DNA from: an uncultured Candidatus Binatia bacterium
Lineage (GTDB): Bacteria; Desulfobacterota; Binatia; UBA9968; CAXXLF01
Assembly: GCA_965218425.1 (NCBI GenBank)
Contig: OZ244621.1
Coordinates: forward strand, 1,408,001-1,472,000
Direction: 5' to 3'
Length of the DNA: 64,000 nucleotides
The translations under genes and the position numbers were made by a program. Below are positions 42,569 to 53,196 of the stretch, piece by piece. The stretch's first letter is position 1. Every line of letters begins with the position of its first letter. Below the pieces are notes generated by a model. It made no database searches and was not told where the DNA came from. It was given only the letters and a program-made list of their open reading frames with translations.

Positions 42569-43912
42569 ATGGATCGAACGGTTCGGATCATCGGTGGAGG
42601 TCTGGCCGGATCGGAGGCGGCGTGGCAAATAGCCCGACGCGGGGTAGCTGTGGAGCTCTACGAAATGAGGCCTCACAGGAGAACAGATGCCCATTGCACC
42701 CGGTTTCTCGCCGAGCTTGTCTGTAGCAATTCCTTTCGTTCCCAAACTTTAACCACGGGCGCCGGGATATTAAAAGAAGAGATGAAACGCCTGGGCTCGC
42801 TGGTCATCCGCATCGGCGAGGCGAATCGTGTCCCCGCAGGTTCCGCCCTGGCGGTTGATCGGGAGCGGTTTTCCCAGGCCATCACGGAGGCGCTTGAATC
42901 TTTACCTGGGGTCAAAATCATTCGGCGGGAAGTGAAGGAAATACCAGCGGGCCCGGTGATCTTGGCCACTGGCCCCCTCACCGCCCCGACCCTATCGGAT
43001 CAGCTTGCCTCCCTCCTCGGCTCTAGCCACCTCTATTTTTATGACGCCATTTCTCCGATTGTCACTGCCGAGTCCATCGATAGGGAAGTTGCCTTCCGTG
43101 CCTCGCGCTACGATCAGGGATCCGGCGATTATTTGAACCTCCCCCTCACGCGCGAGGAATATGGCCGTTTTGTGGACGCCATACTGGCGGCGGAAAAGAT
43201 CCCCACCCGCAGCTTCGAACGATTCATCGTCTTCGAGGGCTGTCAGCCCATAGAGGAGATTGCCAGGAGGGGCAGGGATAGCCTGGCCTTTGGTCCCATG
43301 AGACCCACCGGGTTGACGGATCCGCGCACAGGGAAAAGACCCTATGCAGCCATCCAGCTGAGACAGGAAAACCGTCAGGGGAACCTCTACAACATGGTGG
43401 GATTCCAGACGAAGATGACCTACCCGGAGCAGAGGCGAGTTTTTTCTCTGATCCCGGGTCTAGAGAAAGCAGAGTTCGTTCGCCTGGGGAGCCTGCATCG
43501 CAATACCTTCATTGACTCCCCCCACCATCTCCGACCCACCCTCCAATGGCGGTGGCGCAATGATCTTTTCTTTGCGGGACAGATGACCGGAGTTGAGGGG
43601 TACATTGAATCCGCGGCTTCGGGGCTGCTAGCCGGAATCAACGGAGCTCGAATGGCGGCTGGATTGGAACCGGTGTTTCCACCTCCCACCACCGCCCTGG
43701 GATCGTTGCTAAGGTACATCACCGACCAATCGTCCCAAGCGTTTCAGCCCATGAACGCGAACTTCGGCCTGTTCCCTCCCCTTCCCTTTCCCAACTCCGC
43801 CAAAGGAAGAGCCAAAAAAGAACTCATGGCCCATAGGGCCTTGGAGGAGTTGGAACTCTGGCAGACACGAGTCAATGAGGCCCATCCATTCCCCCTAGCT
43901 CAAGAGGCATAG
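42569..43912 (+). CDS. trmFO: tRNA (uracil-5-)-methyltransferase TrmFO
   Basis: GGGLAGSEAAWQ, AELVCSNS, FYDAISP, FGPMRP.GL, HRNTF, GVEGY, FQPMNANFG. Confidence 0.97.
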   Translation: MDRTVRIIGGGLAGSEAAWQIARRGVAVELYEMRPHRRTDAHCTRFLAELVCSNSFRSQTLTTGAGILKEEMKRLGSLVIRIGEANRVPAGSALAVDRERFSQAITEALESLPGVKIIRREVKEIPAGPVILATGPLTAPTLSDQLASLLGSSHLYFYDAISPIVTAESIDREVAFRASRYDQGSGDYLNLPLTREEYGRFVDAILAAEKIPTRSFERFIVFEGCQPIEEIARRGRDSLAFGPMRPTGLTDPRTGKRPYAAIQLRQENRQGNLYNMVGFQTKMTYPEQRRVFSLIPGLEKAEFVRLGSLHRNTFIDSPHHLRPTLQWRWRNDLFFAGQMTGVEGYIESAASGLLAGINGARMAAGLEPVFPPPTTALGSLLRYITDQSSQAFQPMNANFGLFPPLPFPNSAKGRAKKELMAHRALEELELWQTRVNEAHPFPLAQEA

Positions 43913-43914
43913 AC

Positions 43915-44856
43915 ATGGACACGTGGCGCCTTGCCACCATCGATGTCGGCACCAACACCGTTCTTTTTCTGATCGTCGAGATCGATCACAAAGGAAACTT
44001 TCGAGTTCTCGAGGACCATGCAGAGATTACGAGACTCGGTGAAGGAGTGCAACATAGCGGCGTGATCGGGCGGGGAGGACGGCAGCGGACACTGGATATA
44101 CTGCGTGTTTATTGTGAGAGGTGCCGGAGTTGGAACGTTCAAGAGATAATGGTTGCAGGCACCAGCGCCCTCAGGGAAGCCGCCAATGCAAGCGACTTTA
44201 AAACATGTTTGAAGCAGGATCTGGGCTTGGATCTGCGCATTCTAACAACGCGTGAAGAGGCGTGGTACTCCTACCTGTCAGTTCAAAAAGGGCTTACGGG
44301 GCTGGCCCCTGAGCTGTTGGTGGTGGACATAGGAGGAGGAAGTACAGAATTTGTATGGGGAAAGGGCGGTGAGTTGCAGCGTTGGGTAAGCTACCCTATG
44401 GGCACCGTCAAGCTAACGGAGCGGTTCCTAACTTCCGACCCGGCTCGAAAAGAAGAATGTGATCTCTTGATAAGGGCTGTGGATAGTGATTTGTCTGAGC
44501 AACTGGCGGATTGGGGAACCGAAACGAACTTCAGCTCCATGGTAGGGATAGCCGGGACTTTCACAACTCTCTCAGCGGTGGAAAAAGCACTGGTTCCCTA
44601 CAGGGCAGAGGAGGTTCATGGAAGTCCCCTCAAACGGAAAGAAGTCCGACGTCAGATTCGACTCTTCCAAAGTAAAACCGTAGCTAAGCGGACGCTGATC
44701 CCCGGCTTGGAACCAAAGAGAGCCGATGTGATTCTGGCGGGGGCCCTTCTCATTGACAGGATCATGGACCGCTTCCGAATGGACCAGGCCATCGTGAGTG
44801 ATCAAGGGATCAGGTATGGCCTTCTTTTCCACCGGCTCACCGGGGCTCAGGATTAG
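43915..44856 (+). CDS. Ppx/GppA phosphatase family protein
   Basis: IDVGTNT, TRLGEG, TSALREA.N, DIGGGSTE, RADVILAGA, GIRYG. Confidence 0.9.
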   Translation: MDTWRLATIDVGTNTVLFLIVEIDHKGNFRVLEDHAEITRLGEGVQHSGVIGRGGRQRTLDILRVYCERCRSWNVQEIMVAGTSALREAANASDFKTCLKQDLGLDLRILTTREEAWYSYLSVQKGLTGLAPELLVVDIGGGSTEFVWGKGGELQRWVSYPMGTVKLTERFLTSDPARKEECDLLIRAVDSDLSEQLADWGTETNFSSMVGIAGTFTTLSAVEKALVPYRAEEVHGSPLKRKEVRRQIRLFQSKTVAKRTLIPGLEPKRADVILAGALLIDRIMDRFRMDQAIVSDQGIRYGLLFHRLTGAQD

Positions 44857-45116
44857 CCCAAACGTCATCACCCTCAACCAAGTTAGCCAGCGACTTCTCG
44901 CAGGATTGTATCCTGTAGTCTCTCCCCCGAACTTGCCCCTAGGAAAAGGGGAAGTTCGGTCATTTTGTGCGGTGGATCGGCTAAGATGACGACCGTTCGA
45001 CGGCAGTACTAGCAGCGACTTGACTCGCCGAGTCCTTTATAGATATTGTGGCTTGTCTCGAATTCTGATCAGTCGAAGCGGCCTTACTAAACCAACGAAG
45101 TCCGAAGGAGGCCAGT

Positions 45117-46421
45117 ATGGACGAAAGAACGGTATCCCAGGGGGGGAATCAACCCTCAGATGGCTTGAAGCCGGGGTATTTTGAAATTCTTGGCGGCTTC
45201 AGCCGCAATGCCAAGCTTTTCATCGTTCACTTCATGATGATGGCCTTCCGGTTTGGAATGTACGGAGGAATCTTCAATCTCTACCTCCTTGCATTGGGGT
45301 ATTCACCCGGATTCGCCGGGATGAGGATATTTGTCCTGTGGGGCTCCATGGCGTTGGGCGCCGTCTTTATGGGCAGGGTTGTTGATAGGATTGGCCGTAG
45401 AGCGGGTTTCATCTTCTCGGACGGTATGGGGGCTATTCTGGTCTTCATTATGGTGACTTTCCCTACCGCAGAGGTGCTCATAATTCTGAGTGTTGTCTCA
45501 GGGCTTATTGACGGTCTTCACAGCAGTTCTGAATCGCCCTGGATCATGGAGAACAGCGAAAAGAAAGACAGGGTTTATCTGTTCAGTGTGACGCAGGGCA
45601 TGGGGAGGATTGCCATGATGTTCGGGCAGGGGCTCCCCTTTCTGTTTGTTGGAAACCTACCCAACGTCAGTCTCCCGACATATAGAGTATTTTTGTACAT
45701 TGGCGCTGTCGTATGGATGCTTTCCTTGGTTCCCGCGTTCATGTTCAGGGAGAAAAAAGAAATTCTTGATACGCTTGAAAGAGCATCTAAAAGCTCCGGG
45801 TCCCTATTCTCCTTCAAGAATGTCGAGAGTTGGTCGTTTGTTAAGAGAATTGTACCCCTTTATGCCCTCGTTTGGTTGGGTGTTGGGATGGTCCATCCAC
45901 TTCATACGGTATTTTTCGTTAACAAGCTCGGTGCACCACCCATGACGGCATCGCTCATCTTGGCCATTGGGGGAATTTCCATGTCCTTTGGTTCATTTCT
46001 GATCCCCCTCGTAGCAGAGCGAATCGGAAGGGTAAGAACCATAGGGTACACCATGCTTGTTTCTATCCCGTTCACTTTCGCTGTAGGTGTAGCCCCGACG
46101 CTCATCGCTGCCGGGATCTTTTTTCTGTTCCACGAACTCACCATCCACGTGAGTGAACCCATTATCAGAACATTCTACACAGAGTCCGTGCAGACAAAGG
46201 AGCGAGGCACAGTCGCGGGAATGATGAGCGCAGCCCACGCCCTGGCTCAGGGCTTCGGTACATTTGTGGCCAGTAGGATGATGGATTCTAATTACTATAC
46301 TCAAACATATCTTATCATGGCTGTGGTTTTTGCTTTTGCCGCACTGCTGTTTTTGACTACTTTCCGCCCCAAAGAACCAGAGACTGCGGTGGAGTTGGCG
46401 CCCTCGGTAAAACAGGGTTGA
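45117..46421 (+). CDS. MFS transporter
   Basis: ~12 hydrophobic segments; GRVVDRIGRR motif A; AERIGRVR; strong RBS. Confidence 0.9.
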   Translation: MDERTVSQGGNQPSDGLKPGYFEILGGFSRNAKLFIVHFMMMAFRFGMYGGIFNLYLLALGYSPGFAGMRIFVLWGSMALGAVFMGRVVDRIGRRAGFIFSDGMGAILVFIMVTFPTAEVLIILSVVSGLIDGLHSSSESPWIMENSEKKDRVYLFSVTQGMGRIAMMFGQGLPFLFVGNLPNVSLPTYRVFLYIGAVVWMLSLVPAFMFREKKEILDTLERASKSSGSLFSFKNVESWSFVKRIVPLYALVWLGVGMVHPLHTVFFVNKLGAPPMTASLILAIGGISMSFGSFLIPLVAERIGRVRTIGYTMLVSIPFTFAVGVAPTLIAAGIFFLFHELTIHVSEPIIRTFYTESVQTKERGTVAGMMSAAHALAQGFGTFVASRMMDSNYYTQTYLIMAVVFAFAALLFLTTFRPKEPETAVELAPSVKQG

Positions 46422-46461
46422 TACTCGCAGGGTAAGGATAGAAACCCTTAGGAAGTCCGCA

Positions 46462-46707
46462 TTGAAGCTATTGTTCGGAATTTGGTTTGCCCTTCTGCTT
46501 TTTTTAACGCCGCCCATATGGACGACCGTGGTTTCGCCGGCTTTCGCCAATGGAGACCATTCAGATCAGCATCCGCATGCTGAACAAAGCTTTAATCCCA
46601 TAGCTTTTGCTCTTGTGACTGGTGGATTGGTGGTGGTGGCCTACTTCATGTACAGAATTTTTTCCGGCAGCAACAAGAAGAATAAGGACACGGAGAAAGA
46701 AGGTTAG
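46462..46707 (+). CDS. Small membrane protein (signal peptide, His-rich linker, C-terminal TM)
   Basis: ..AFA/NGDHSDQHPHAEQ then a hydrophobic helix and basic tail; TTG start. Confidence 0.55.
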   Translation: MKLLFGIWFALLLFLTPPIWTTVVSPAFANGDHSDQHPHAEQSFNPIAFALVTGGLVVVAYFMYRIFSGSNKKNKDTEKEG

Positions 46708-46857
46708 CCTGCCCGGAAAATTCTGAACCCACCTGTTCAATTTTTTTCCAATCATAATGGGATCGTCACAATTTCCGCGTAAAGGCATTTCATTGTCTAT
46801 CTTTTCTGAATGTAAATCTTTCCATTGGAGCAACCGCCGCCCGGGAGCTAATTCCCC

Positions 46858-48090
46858 ATGAAGCGGAACCAACGGTCCTCCGGCATCCTGGTGCTCTATG
46901 GCAGCGCCGCCCTCTGGTGTACTTCCATCGGCATGTCACATGTATTGATCCCCCTCTACGCCATTCATCTCGGCTTTTCGATTTTGAAGATTGCCAGTGT
47001 TGTTTCATTACCGGTTGTAGCCACCCTGGGCCTTCGGTTTATGGGGGGTGCCCTTTCGGATCGTTTCGGAGAACGATTGGTTCTTCATGCCTGTTACCTA
47101 TTAAATACCCTGGCGGCGGTGGTGGTGTATCAAGCCGAGGGGTTCTTTTCTCTGTTCATAGCCCAGACCATCTCCAACATGTCTCGGAGTCTCTTCTGGA
47201 CTCCCGCTCAATCCATCGCCAGCCAACTCCCAGGATCCATTCCGGGGAAAAGGCTTGGACAGCTCTCAGCCTGCAATGCCGCAGGGAATCTAGCCGGCCT
47301 GGGCTTGGGCGGTGTTCTTGCAGCCGCCGCAGGATATCCCGGCGCCTTCTTGATTTTGATAGTGGCCACCCTTGCCTCCTCCGTTCTAGGATTCTTGCTC
47401 CCTCACGTAGAAGCGAAGCCCAAGGGGCGCTCCGTATGGCAAATCTTCGCAGGCATTGGAAAATATCTCTGTCACCGACCCACCTGGCTAACCATATCTG
47501 CCTCCTTTGCCGCGGGGTTGGCTCCGGCCCTAACCCAATCCATCTATCCAGTTTACCTAGCCCAGCTAGGTTACGGGGAGCAATGGATAGGATTCACGGT
47601 TGCGTCACGGGCCATAGGACCCATCGCAAGCGGCTTGATGCTGGCCCCACTGATCACACCACGTCGCCAGGTGGTTATGTACGCTGCGGCCATCGCAGGT
47701 TTGGGCATTTTTGCAATTATCAGTGGGCTCGTGGAGCACCTCATTCTTTTGGCTCTTTGTATGGCCGCCTTGGGGACCGCCAGTGGCCTGATGGATGTCT
47801 GGTACCAGGTTCGCGCGACCCAACTCAGTTCGGCCAGCGACCGTTCCGCGTCCATGGCCAGTATGGGATTGGGTTGGAACCTTGCCTATATTGTAACTCC
47901 GGTTACCGTGGGATGGCTGGCAGAGCTGTTCGGAATCAAATCGGCCCTCTTATCCACCGGTTGTTTTCTCCTTCTGGCGTCATCGGGGACCCGGCTATGG
48001 CATCGACTTCTCGGACCCGCTGGAGCCACCCAAAGGGATATCTCAAGTGATGTAAAAAATGTAACCGTGGGAACTCCGAGGAATGGTTAA
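46858..48090 (+). CDS. MFS transporter
   Basis: ~12 TM segments; GALSDRFGER motif A. Confidence 0.9.
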   Translation: MKRNQRSSGILVLYGSAALWCTSIGMSHVLIPLYAIHLGFSILKIASVVSLPVVATLGLRFMGGALSDRFGERLVLHACYLLNTLAAVVVYQAEGFFSLFIAQTISNMSRSLFWTPAQSIASQLPGSIPGKRLGQLSACNAAGNLAGLGLGGVLAAAAGYPGAFLILIVATLASSVLGFLLPHVEAKPKGRSVWQIFAGIGKYLCHRPTWLTISASFAAGLAPALTQSIYPVYLAQLGYGEQWIGFTVASRAIGPIASGLMLAPLITPRRQVVMYAAAIAGLGIFAIISGLVEHLILLALCMAALGTASGLMDVWYQVRATQLSSASDRSASMASMGLGWNLAYIVTPVTVGWLAELFGIKSALLSTGCFLLLASSGTRLWHRLLGPAGATQRDISSDVKNVTVGTPRNG

Positions 48091-48140
48091 CCATTACTCA
48101 CACTATTGACATGGTTTGTTCATTCCAGTAATTCCAAAGC

Positions 48141-48968
48141 ATGTCCGAATTGAACGCTAAGGTCGCTCAGTTAAGAAACCTGTTGCAAGAAATGGAGCGG
48201 GTGATCGTCTGCTTCTCTGGTGGAGTAGATTCGAGCTATCTACTAGCCGAGTCGGTGAGATGGCTAGGGGATAAGGCCCTGGCATTGACGGCAGTGTCAC
48301 CAAGCCTGGCCCCGGAAGAGGGGGTTGAAGCAAAGGGTTTGGCCGAGCGGCTGGGGGCGCGTCACTTGCTGATCGCGACTCACGAAGTGGATGATCCGCG
48401 CTACGCCGCAAACCCCTTTAACCGCTGTTACTTTTGCAAAACCGAACTGTACGGTGTCGCCGTCAAGGAAGCGCTGACTCTAGGGATCCCAAACATCCTC
48501 GATGGCTTTAACCTTGATGATCGCGGGGACCACCGACCCGGACGCCAGGCTGCCCGCGAACATGGCGTGCGCTCCCCTCTGGACGAACTCGCATTTTCCA
48601 AGGCTGACATCCGTGAGGCTGCTCGGCGGATCGATTTGCCCGTCTGGGACAAGCCGGCGCTGGCGTGCCTTTCCAGTCGTTTCCCCTACGGCACTCAAAT
48701 TACGCCTCAACGCCTGACTCAGGTGGCACGCTGCGAAAGCGTGCTACGGGAGTTGGGGTTTCGGGTTTTCCGGGTCCGTTATCATGACACCGTGGCGCGA
48801 ATTGAAGTGGCCCCGGAGGATCTTCCCCGATTGTTGTCTTCGGAGATACGCGACGAGATTACACGACGCTTTCGGGAAACAGGGTTTGCCTACGTGAGCG
48901 TTGACTTACAGGGTTACCGGCAGGGCGCCCTGAACGAAGGTATTCATACGAAATCCAAAATAGACTAA
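48141..48968 (+). CDS. larE: ATP-dependent sacrificial sulfur transferase LarE
   Basis: FSGGVDS PP-loop, RCYFCK, DG.N.DD..D.RPG, WDKP..ACLSSRFPYG, RVRYH. Confidence 0.9.
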   Translation: MSELNAKVAQLRNLLQEMERVIVCFSGGVDSSYLLAESVRWLGDKALALTAVSPSLAPEEGVEAKGLAERLGARHLLIATHEVDDPRYAANPFNRCYFCKTELYGVAVKEALTLGIPNILDGFNLDDRGDHRPGRQAAREHGVRSPLDELAFSKADIREAARRIDLPVWDKPALACLSSRFPYGTQITPQRLTQVARCESVLRELGFRVFRVRYHDTVARIEVAPEDLPRLLSSEIRDEITRRFRETGFAYVSVDLQGYRQGALNEGIHTKSKID

Positions 48969-48980
48969 GAAAAACAATTT

Positions 48981-49715
48981 ATGAAGATCGAACAGGCAAC
49001 TCAAGCTAAGGTGACTGAACTCCGCTCAAAGGTAGAGCCAAGGTTCAGAAATCCAAGAGCCTAGAAAAGACCGCACAGGAGCCGGCCAATGTACTTCACA
49101 CCGAGTTCAGCGATTCTGTAGCCCTTGCCCGGGTTTTTATTACGGTTCCCTTTGGGACCCTACCGGCAAAGAACAAAGAGTTCGTGCAGAAACTGGCCGA
49201 TTCGGCCGGGGCCGGTTCTCAATTGAAGACGAATACACCCGTACTCTCTCTCTCATGGGAACCCACGGCCAGGAAGGCAACTGGAATGACAGGCACAAGT
49301 CTCAAGGGCATGTAGGGATGCCGCTAATCTCCTCGGCCTTTGTTGGTGCCATTCCGATGATTTCCCGTCTCCTCAAGGAACCGGGTGTCCCTTTGGACTG
49401 GATCGACAGCCATGACTCACAAATCATCAAGAAGGCAGTGGGCAAATCTGCGGGTCTGTCCCTTGTCGACAATGCCGCCCAGGCAACAGACAACGAAGGC
49501 AGGAAAATCATTGCGGTCCAGGATTTCGCGTCAAAGTACGATGTGAAGAGCGTTTTGGAACCGCAGAGGCATTGGCCTGCGGCCAGATCGTGGTTGTGGC
49601 CGCGTTTTGCCGTGATGCCTTTTCACGATCCTCTGCAAAGCATTTTCCGGCACTCACAAATTCATTCGAAGGCAAAACGGCTTCCCTCGTCGACGGGCAA
49701 AAAATCTTCTCCTAA
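48981..49715 (+). pseudogene. Frameshifted conserved hypothetical gene (~245 aa when repaired)
   Basis: One continuous protein (MKIEQATQ../..ALARVFITVPF..VLSL/MGTHG..WNDR.KS.GH..PL.S..V..IPMISRL../FGT..KIFS) needs three frame changes, near 49042, 49250 and 49555. Confidence 0.7.
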
Positions 49716-49770
49716 CAGTAGCGGATTACATTGACAGTTCCTTTGAACCGCGCCGTTGTTCTACAACCCA

Positions 49771-50811
49771 TTAAACGAACGAGCGCAGACCCTTTTTCGG
49801 ACGAGACGGGAAATAGCCAGGGATTTTCTGTCCACAGGGGCAACGACCGTCAACCAGACGATTCTCCAGCACCTCATGCCAGGAGCGGCGGACTAGGACG
49901 GTGCCGCAGCTGGGACAGGTAGTATTCTGCCCCTCATCGTCATGAACGTTGCCCAGGTAACAGTACTTCACGCCTGCACAGAGGGCGATCTCACGTGCCC
50001 GCTTTAGAGTCAAAGCAGGGGTCCTCGGCTTGTCCATCATCTTGAAATCGGGATGGAAAGCCGTGAAATGAATGGGGATAGAATCCCCGAGGTGATTTAG
50101 CACCCAATCGCACAATCGCTTAGTTTCCTCTGGTTCATCGTTCTCGCCGGGGATCATCAGGTTCGTGATCTCAAACCACACCTCAGTTTCGTGTTTTAGC
50201 CATCTCAAGGTGTCCAACACCGGATCCAGATGAGAAAATGTCAGCTTATGGTAAAACCGCTCGGTAAACCCCTTGAGGTCAACGTTGGCTGCGTCAATGA
50301 ATTGAAAGACGTCACGGCGGGCCTGTGGTGTAATGTAACCAGCCGTTACCATAACGTTCTTCAGACCCCCTTCGCGCGCAAGTCGTGACGTATCCATAAC
50401 ATATTCGCCAAAGATTACTGGATCATTGTAGGTATAGGCGATGCTGGGAAGACGATGCTTCAAGGCAATCTCCACCACTTCCTTGGGACTTGCGCGGACG
50501 CTCCCTGCTTCGTCCAATTTCGCCTTGCTGATGCTCCAGTTCTGACAAAATCGACAGCCCAGATTGCAACCCGCGGTACCAAAACTCACAATTGAGGTAC
50601 CGGGCAGGAAGTGATTGAGAGGTTTTTTCTCGATAGGATCCACGGCAAATCCTGTAGGCCTACCGTACCCGAGGGAGTAGAGTTTCCCGTCTATATTTTT
50701 CCGGATATAGCAAAACCCCGGCTGATCCTTCCCCATGCGGCAGAATCTTGGGCAGAGGGTGCACAGGACGCGTCCATCCGGCTCGGTTTCCCACCAAATG
50801 GCTTCCTTCAT
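49771..50811 (-). CDS. amrS: AmmeMemoRadiSam system radical SAM enzyme
   Basis: CTLCPRFC, DPIEKKPL.HF.PG, GCNLGCRFCQNW, YTYNDP, AANVDLK, FHPDF. Confidence 0.93.
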   Translation of the reverse strand: MKEAIWWETEPDGRVLCTLCPRFCRMGKDQPGFCYIRKNIDGKLYSLGYGRPTGFAVDPIEKKPLNHFLPGTSIVSFGTAGCNLGCRFCQNWSISKAKLDEAGSVRASPKEVVEIALKHRLPSIAYTYNDPVIFGEYVMDTSRLAREGGLKNVMVTAGYITPQARRDVFQFIDAANVDLKGFTERFYHKLTFSHLDPVLDTLRWLKHETEVWFEITNLMIPGENDEPEETKRLCDWVLNHLGDSIPIHFTAFHPDFKMMDKPRTPALTLKRAREIALCAGVKYCYLGNVHDDEGQNTTCPSCGTVLVRRSWHEVLENRLVDGRCPCGQKIPGYFPSRPKKGLRSFV

Positions 50812-50890
50812 GACTTAGATTATCCCCCTTTTCGTACCCGCCCGCAAGGGTACTTTGTCCCCGGTTCGAATATATGATAAATGTGACGTG

Positions 50891-51289
50891 ATGAGCGGGA
50901 CCAAGGGACTCAAGGGCATGCACCACCTGGCCCTTCAGGTCAAAGACCTGGAGCGATCCAAGGCATTTTACCAGGAGATGTTTGGGATGGAGGTGGTCTG
51001 GGAACCGGATGAAAAGAACGTCTATTTATCTTCCGGAACCGATAATTTGGCCCTACATGAAGTTGACTTCGCCGCGGAACCGTCGCCTGCGGCACAATAT
51101 CTGGATCATTTTGGGTTCATTATCGATCGCGTTGAAACGGTTAAAGACCTGGAAAGGGAATTTCGTGCAAAAGAGGTAAAGATTATCCATCCATTCAAAA
51201 ATCATCGAGATGGTAGTGCTTCCTTTTACTGTGCGGATCCCGATGGTGTCGTTATCCAACTACTTTACGAGCCGCACCTAAGCCGCTAG
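50891..51289 (+). CDS. VOC (glyoxalase/bleomycin resistance) family protein
   Basis: GMHHLAL.V.DLE.S..FY, DHFGF, FY..DPDG; ATG 50891. Confidence 0.85.
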   Translation: MSGTKGLKGMHHLALQVKDLERSKAFYQEMFGMEVVWEPDEKNVYLSSGTDNLALHEVDFAAEPSPAAQYLDHFGFIIDRVETVKDLEREFRAKEVKIIHPFKNHRDGSASFYCADPDGVVIQLLYEPHLSR

Positions 51290-51297
51290 CAAGAAAA

Positions 51298-51477
51298 CAG
51301 CAAAGCGCACGGTGCAGAGCGCATAGCGTCCGCACTAGTGATGCGCGTTAAAGAATCGATGGTCGGTTTAGGGTGCAGGGAGCTGGTATAGGGTCTGGAT
51401 TCCGCCTTCCCCTACCCCCACGCGTTACACCTTTCACCCTTTGTTAATCTCGACTCAGTACTGAGTCCACTTTGCGC
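51298..51477. repeat. Heptamer-repeat arm plus post-stop palindrome between convergent genes
   Basis: CAGCAAAGCGCACGGTGCAGAGCGCATAGCG at ~51298-51328; GACTCAGTACTGAGTC at 51452-51467. Confidence 0.7.
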
Positions 51478-52914
51478 CTAGCGATTTTCCCTTGGTATCC
51501 ATTCGTCCAATAACGCCTCGGCCGCGCTCTCGCCGCTGTGGATACAATCCGCGATTCCAACCCCGCCATAAGCATTCCCCGCAAGTGCGAGCCCCTTATG
51601 TTTGGCCAACCGCTCCTTGATGCGCCCAACCCGCTCCGAATGCCCGACTCGGTACTGGGGCATTGAGTTCGGGTGCCTGTGAATGCGGCAGAATAGGGGT
51701 TCTGACCTGATTTCCAACAGGGCGGCGAGTTCCTCGCGTACACTGCGCTCCATTGCTTCGTCGCTCTGTTTGAACAGCTCAAGTTGCAACGTCCCTCCAA
51801 CGAACGCCCTTAACAAATGATTCTCCGCAGGCGCCCTGCCCGAATACTTCACGCTGCTAAAGCTACAGGCAATGATCTGACGACCTTCCCTCACAGGGAC
51901 CACGACGCCAAAACCGTCCAGGCCGTTCGGAATGTCTGCGCGCCTGTAGCCCAGGGTCACCGTTGCTGTGGAAGTGTAAGGAATAGCGGCCAGTTCCATG
52001 GCAAGTTCGGGGTCAACCGATGAAAGATTACCCGCGGCAGCATAAGCCGGAATAGCGAGGATTACACCATCGGCTTCCAACTGCCGGTCTCCGTCCGTGG
52101 TGATGCCCCATATTTTTTTTTCGGCGTTCCATGCTAAGGCAACGACCCTGGTCCCGTGGCGCACTGTGCCGGTAGGAAGTCGCCCCGCGAGGGTCTCAAC
52201 CAACCGCTGCATTCCATCGGGGAAAGAGACGAAGAGACCCCAACGCGCACCACTTCCCGTACGCCGGGAACGAGCCCGACGCCGCTGTTCCAACCAGCTG
52301 GCCCAAATGATACTGCGCCTTGTCCGCTCCAGCTCTAAAAAACGCGGCATGGTTGATTTGAGACTGAGCTCTTCGGGATTGGCCGCGTAAATCCCGCCCA
52401 TGAGCGGCTGAGCTACACGCTCCAGTAGCTCTTGACCGAAACGACGCCGGACAAAAGATCCCATACTCTCATCTTCCACCCGTCTGCCCCGGGGGAGAAA
52501 TAGCTCAAGCAATACACGGAGTTTAGCCGGCCAGGAAAATAGCGGAGTCCGTAGCAAGGGCCACAGGCGCGTGGGCGCCATAAGAATAAATCCTTCCGGC
52601 AGTGCAACCAGAGATCCTTGATGCACCACGTAGATGTTTCGGCGAGCGGAATTCAGCGAAATGAGGTTAGACGCGATTCCTAAACGCTCACAGAGCTGAA
52701 TACCCCACGGCTTTTCCGTGATGAAAGCGTCGGGACCGGATTCCACTAAAAAGCCACCGAGGTGCTCGGTTCCGATGGTTCCACCCAAACGCTCACTTGC
52801 CTCCAAAAGAGTGACCTCCATGTTATGGGGCACTTCTCCACTGAGTTCCATCAAGCGGTGGGCAGCCGCCAGGCCTGAAATCCCACCACCCACGACAACG
52901 ACTCGATAGCTCAT
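51478..52914 (-). CDS. hemG: Protoporphyrinogen/coproporphyrinogen oxidase (HemY-type flavoprotein)
   Basis: VVGGGISGLAAA, EASERLGG, E.GPDAF, MPQY.VGH, LAGNAY.GVGIADC. Confidence 0.93.
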   Translation of the reverse strand: MSYRVVVVGGGISGLAAAHRLMELSGEVPHNMEVTLLEASERLGGTIGTEHLGGFLVESGPDAFITEKPWGIQLCERLGIASNLISLNSARRNIYVVHQGSLVALPEGFILMAPTRLWPLLRTPLFSWPAKLRVLLELFLPRGRRVEDESMGSFVRRRFGQELLERVAQPLMGGIYAANPEELSLKSTMPRFLELERTRRSIIWASWLEQRRRARSRRTGSGARWGLFVSFPDGMQRLVETLAGRLPTGTVRHGTRVVALAWNAEKKIWGITTDGDRQLEADGVILAIPAYAAAGNLSSVDPELAMELAAIPYTSTATVTLGYRRADIPNGLDGFGVVVPVREGRQIIACSFSSVKYSGRAPAENHLLRAFVGGTLQLELFKQSDEAMERSVREELAALLEIRSEPLFCRIHRHPNSMPQYRVGHSERVGRIKERLAKHKGLALAGNAYGGVGIADCIHSGESAAEALLDEWIPRENR

Positions 52915-52939
52915 TTAGATTCTTACCGGAAAGGGTTTT

Positions 52940-53196
52940 AACCGCAGATTTTCGCCGATTCTCGTAGATAAGGATTCGGACATTTCACCGCACGGACGCA
53001 GAGTACGCGGAGGAAATCAGCTTTGCCCAATCGGGAGACGACGATTGGGGGAAAGACTTGGCCTTTAGGAGAGCCATGTTTTTGTTTGTCGTCGTCTCCC
53101 GACAAACAAAAATCTAATTTTCCGCGCCCTCTGTGTCTCTGCGCTTATATTCTTGAAAGGATTTCTTCCTGTGTCCATCTGCGTCAATCTACAGTT
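52940..53196. repeat. Twin-hairpin nested repeat element, copy 2 (more complete)
   Basis: Outer arms AACCGCAGATT../..ATCTGCGTCAATCTACAGTT, middle arms GACGCAGAG/CTCTGTGTCTCTGCG, inner hairpins at ~53021-53055 and ~53079-53112. Confidence 0.85.

Noticed and set aside
46917..48050. 377-aa same-strand alternative-frame ORF inside the MFS gene
   Set aside because: Ser/Arg/Pro-rich with no recognisable motif or RBS; fully nested in a well-supported MFS gene
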